A stretch of DNA of 63,534 bases, filler included, from Octopus bimaculoides (Eukaryota), in NCBI RefSeq assembly GCF_001194135.2. It is 9 parts of 8 records of this genome, joined end to end, with 100 filler letters (N's around TTAATTAATTAA, not from the genome) between each part and the next. Parts side by side here need not be neighbours in the genome. Positions count along the whole stretch, not along the records: positions 61,620 to 63,534 come from NW_026431774.1; 8 more parts are not named here. One strand, written 5' to 3'. Shown in pieces: positions 62,377 to 63,534 of the stretch (positions within the stretch are counted from its first letter, which is position 1; every line of letters starts with the position of its first letter). The position numbers and the translations under genes are program-made. The notes beneath the pieces are model-generated. The model was not told where the DNA came from. It made no database searches and saw only the letters and a program-made list of their open reading frames with translations.

Positions 62377-63534
62377 NNNNNNNNNNNNNNNNNNNNNNNN
62401 NNNNNNNNNNNNNNNNNNNNNNNNNNNNNNNNNNNNNNNNNNNNNNNNNNNNNNNNNNNNNNNNNNNNNNNNNNNNNNNNNNNNNNNNNNNNNNNNNNNN
62501 NNNNNNNNNNNNNNNNNNNNNNNNNNNNNNNNNNNNNNNNNNNNNNNNNNNNNNNNNNNNNNNNNNNNNNNNNNNNNNNNNNNNNNNNNNNNNNNNNNNN
62601 NNNNNNNNNNNNNNNNNNNNNNNNNNNNNNNNNNNNNNNNNNNNNNNNNNNNNNNNNNNNNNNNNNNNNNNNNNNNNNNNNNNNNNNNNNNNNNNNNNNN
62701 NNNNNNNNNNNNNNNNNNNNNNNNNNNNNNNNNNNNNNNNNNNNNNNNNNNNNNNNNNNNNNNNNNNNNNNNNNNNNNNNNNNNNNNNNNNNNNNNNNNN
62801 NNNNNNNNNNNNNNNNNNNNNNNNNNNNNNNNNNNNNNNNNNNNNNNNNNNNNNNNNNNNNNNNNNNNNNNNNNNNNNNNNNNNNNNNNNNNNNNNNNNN
62901 NNNNNNNNNNNNNNNNNNNNNNNNNNNNNNNNNNNNNNNNNNNNNNNNNNNNNNNNNNNNNNNNNNNNNNNNNNNNNNNNNNNNNNNNNNNNNNNNNNNN
63001 NNNNNNNNNNNNNNNNNNNNNNNNNNNNNNNNNNNNNNNNNNNNNNNNNNNNNNNNNNNNNNNNNNNNNNNNNNNNNNNNNNNNNNNNNNNNNNNNNNNN
63101 NNNNNNNNNNNNNNNNNNNNNNNNNNNNNNNNGCAACACCAACACCACCAATACCAACACCACCACTACCACCACCACTTCTAAGTTCACCACTACCACC
63201 CCCTTCACAACCAACAGATTCAGTGCTACCAGTAAATACTATTTATAAACCCCCCACACACACACCCATATTACATCCCCATCATCATCATCATCATCAT
63301 CAACAACAACAGCAATGTAATCAACCACCATCATTATCACCACACCACCACTACCACAGCCATATGCTGTACCACCAGTAAATGTTATTTACTGCCCCCA
63401 CCCCACCCTCACACTGCTACCACTACCACCACCATCGCCACTACCACTGTCACCACCACCATCACCACCACCACCACCACCATCACCACCACTACTACCA
63501 CCATCACCACCACCACCATCACCACCACCACCAT

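Noticed and set aside
1-63534. CRISPR array, rRNA or a prokaryotic/viral system
   Set aside because: No regularly spaced repeat-spacer structure, no rRNA motifs and no gene-dense operon-like region were seen; all repeats are eukaryotic SINE/LINE/transposon or microsatellite types.

Overview
AT-rich, microsatellite- and retroposon-saturated animal genomic DNA with many assembly gaps. The repeat families and the N-TTAATTAATTAA-N gap linkers look like an octopus (Octopus bimaculoides-type) assembly; this is inferred from recalled repeat families, not from a database search. Two host genes sit head-to-head. On the minus strand is an ATRAID/APR-3 orthologue, with a signal-peptide exon at 12050-12124 and a Cys-rich exon 2 at 1729-1862. 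On the plus strand is tektin-2, with its first coding exon at 17614-18048 and no further exon recognisable in the remaining ~45 kb. About 230 bp upstream of the ATRAID ATG lies a perfect 14-bp palindromic RFX X-box (GTTGTCATGACAAC, 12354-12367), next to an inverted CCAAT box and followed by a splice donor. This suggests a bidirectional promoter whose non-coding first exon splices to the TEKT2 coding exon. The rest is intronic and filled with tRNA-derived SINEs, RTE, CR1/L2-like, R4/Dong and Tx1/L1 LINE fragments, hAT and mariner relics, Helentron/Helitron-like non-autonomous elements, a solo LTR and Penelope-like termini. One of these termini folds into a near-complete type I hammerhead ribozyme (15786-15860, minus strand). 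No CRISPR array, rRNA or convincing functional tRNA gene was seen.
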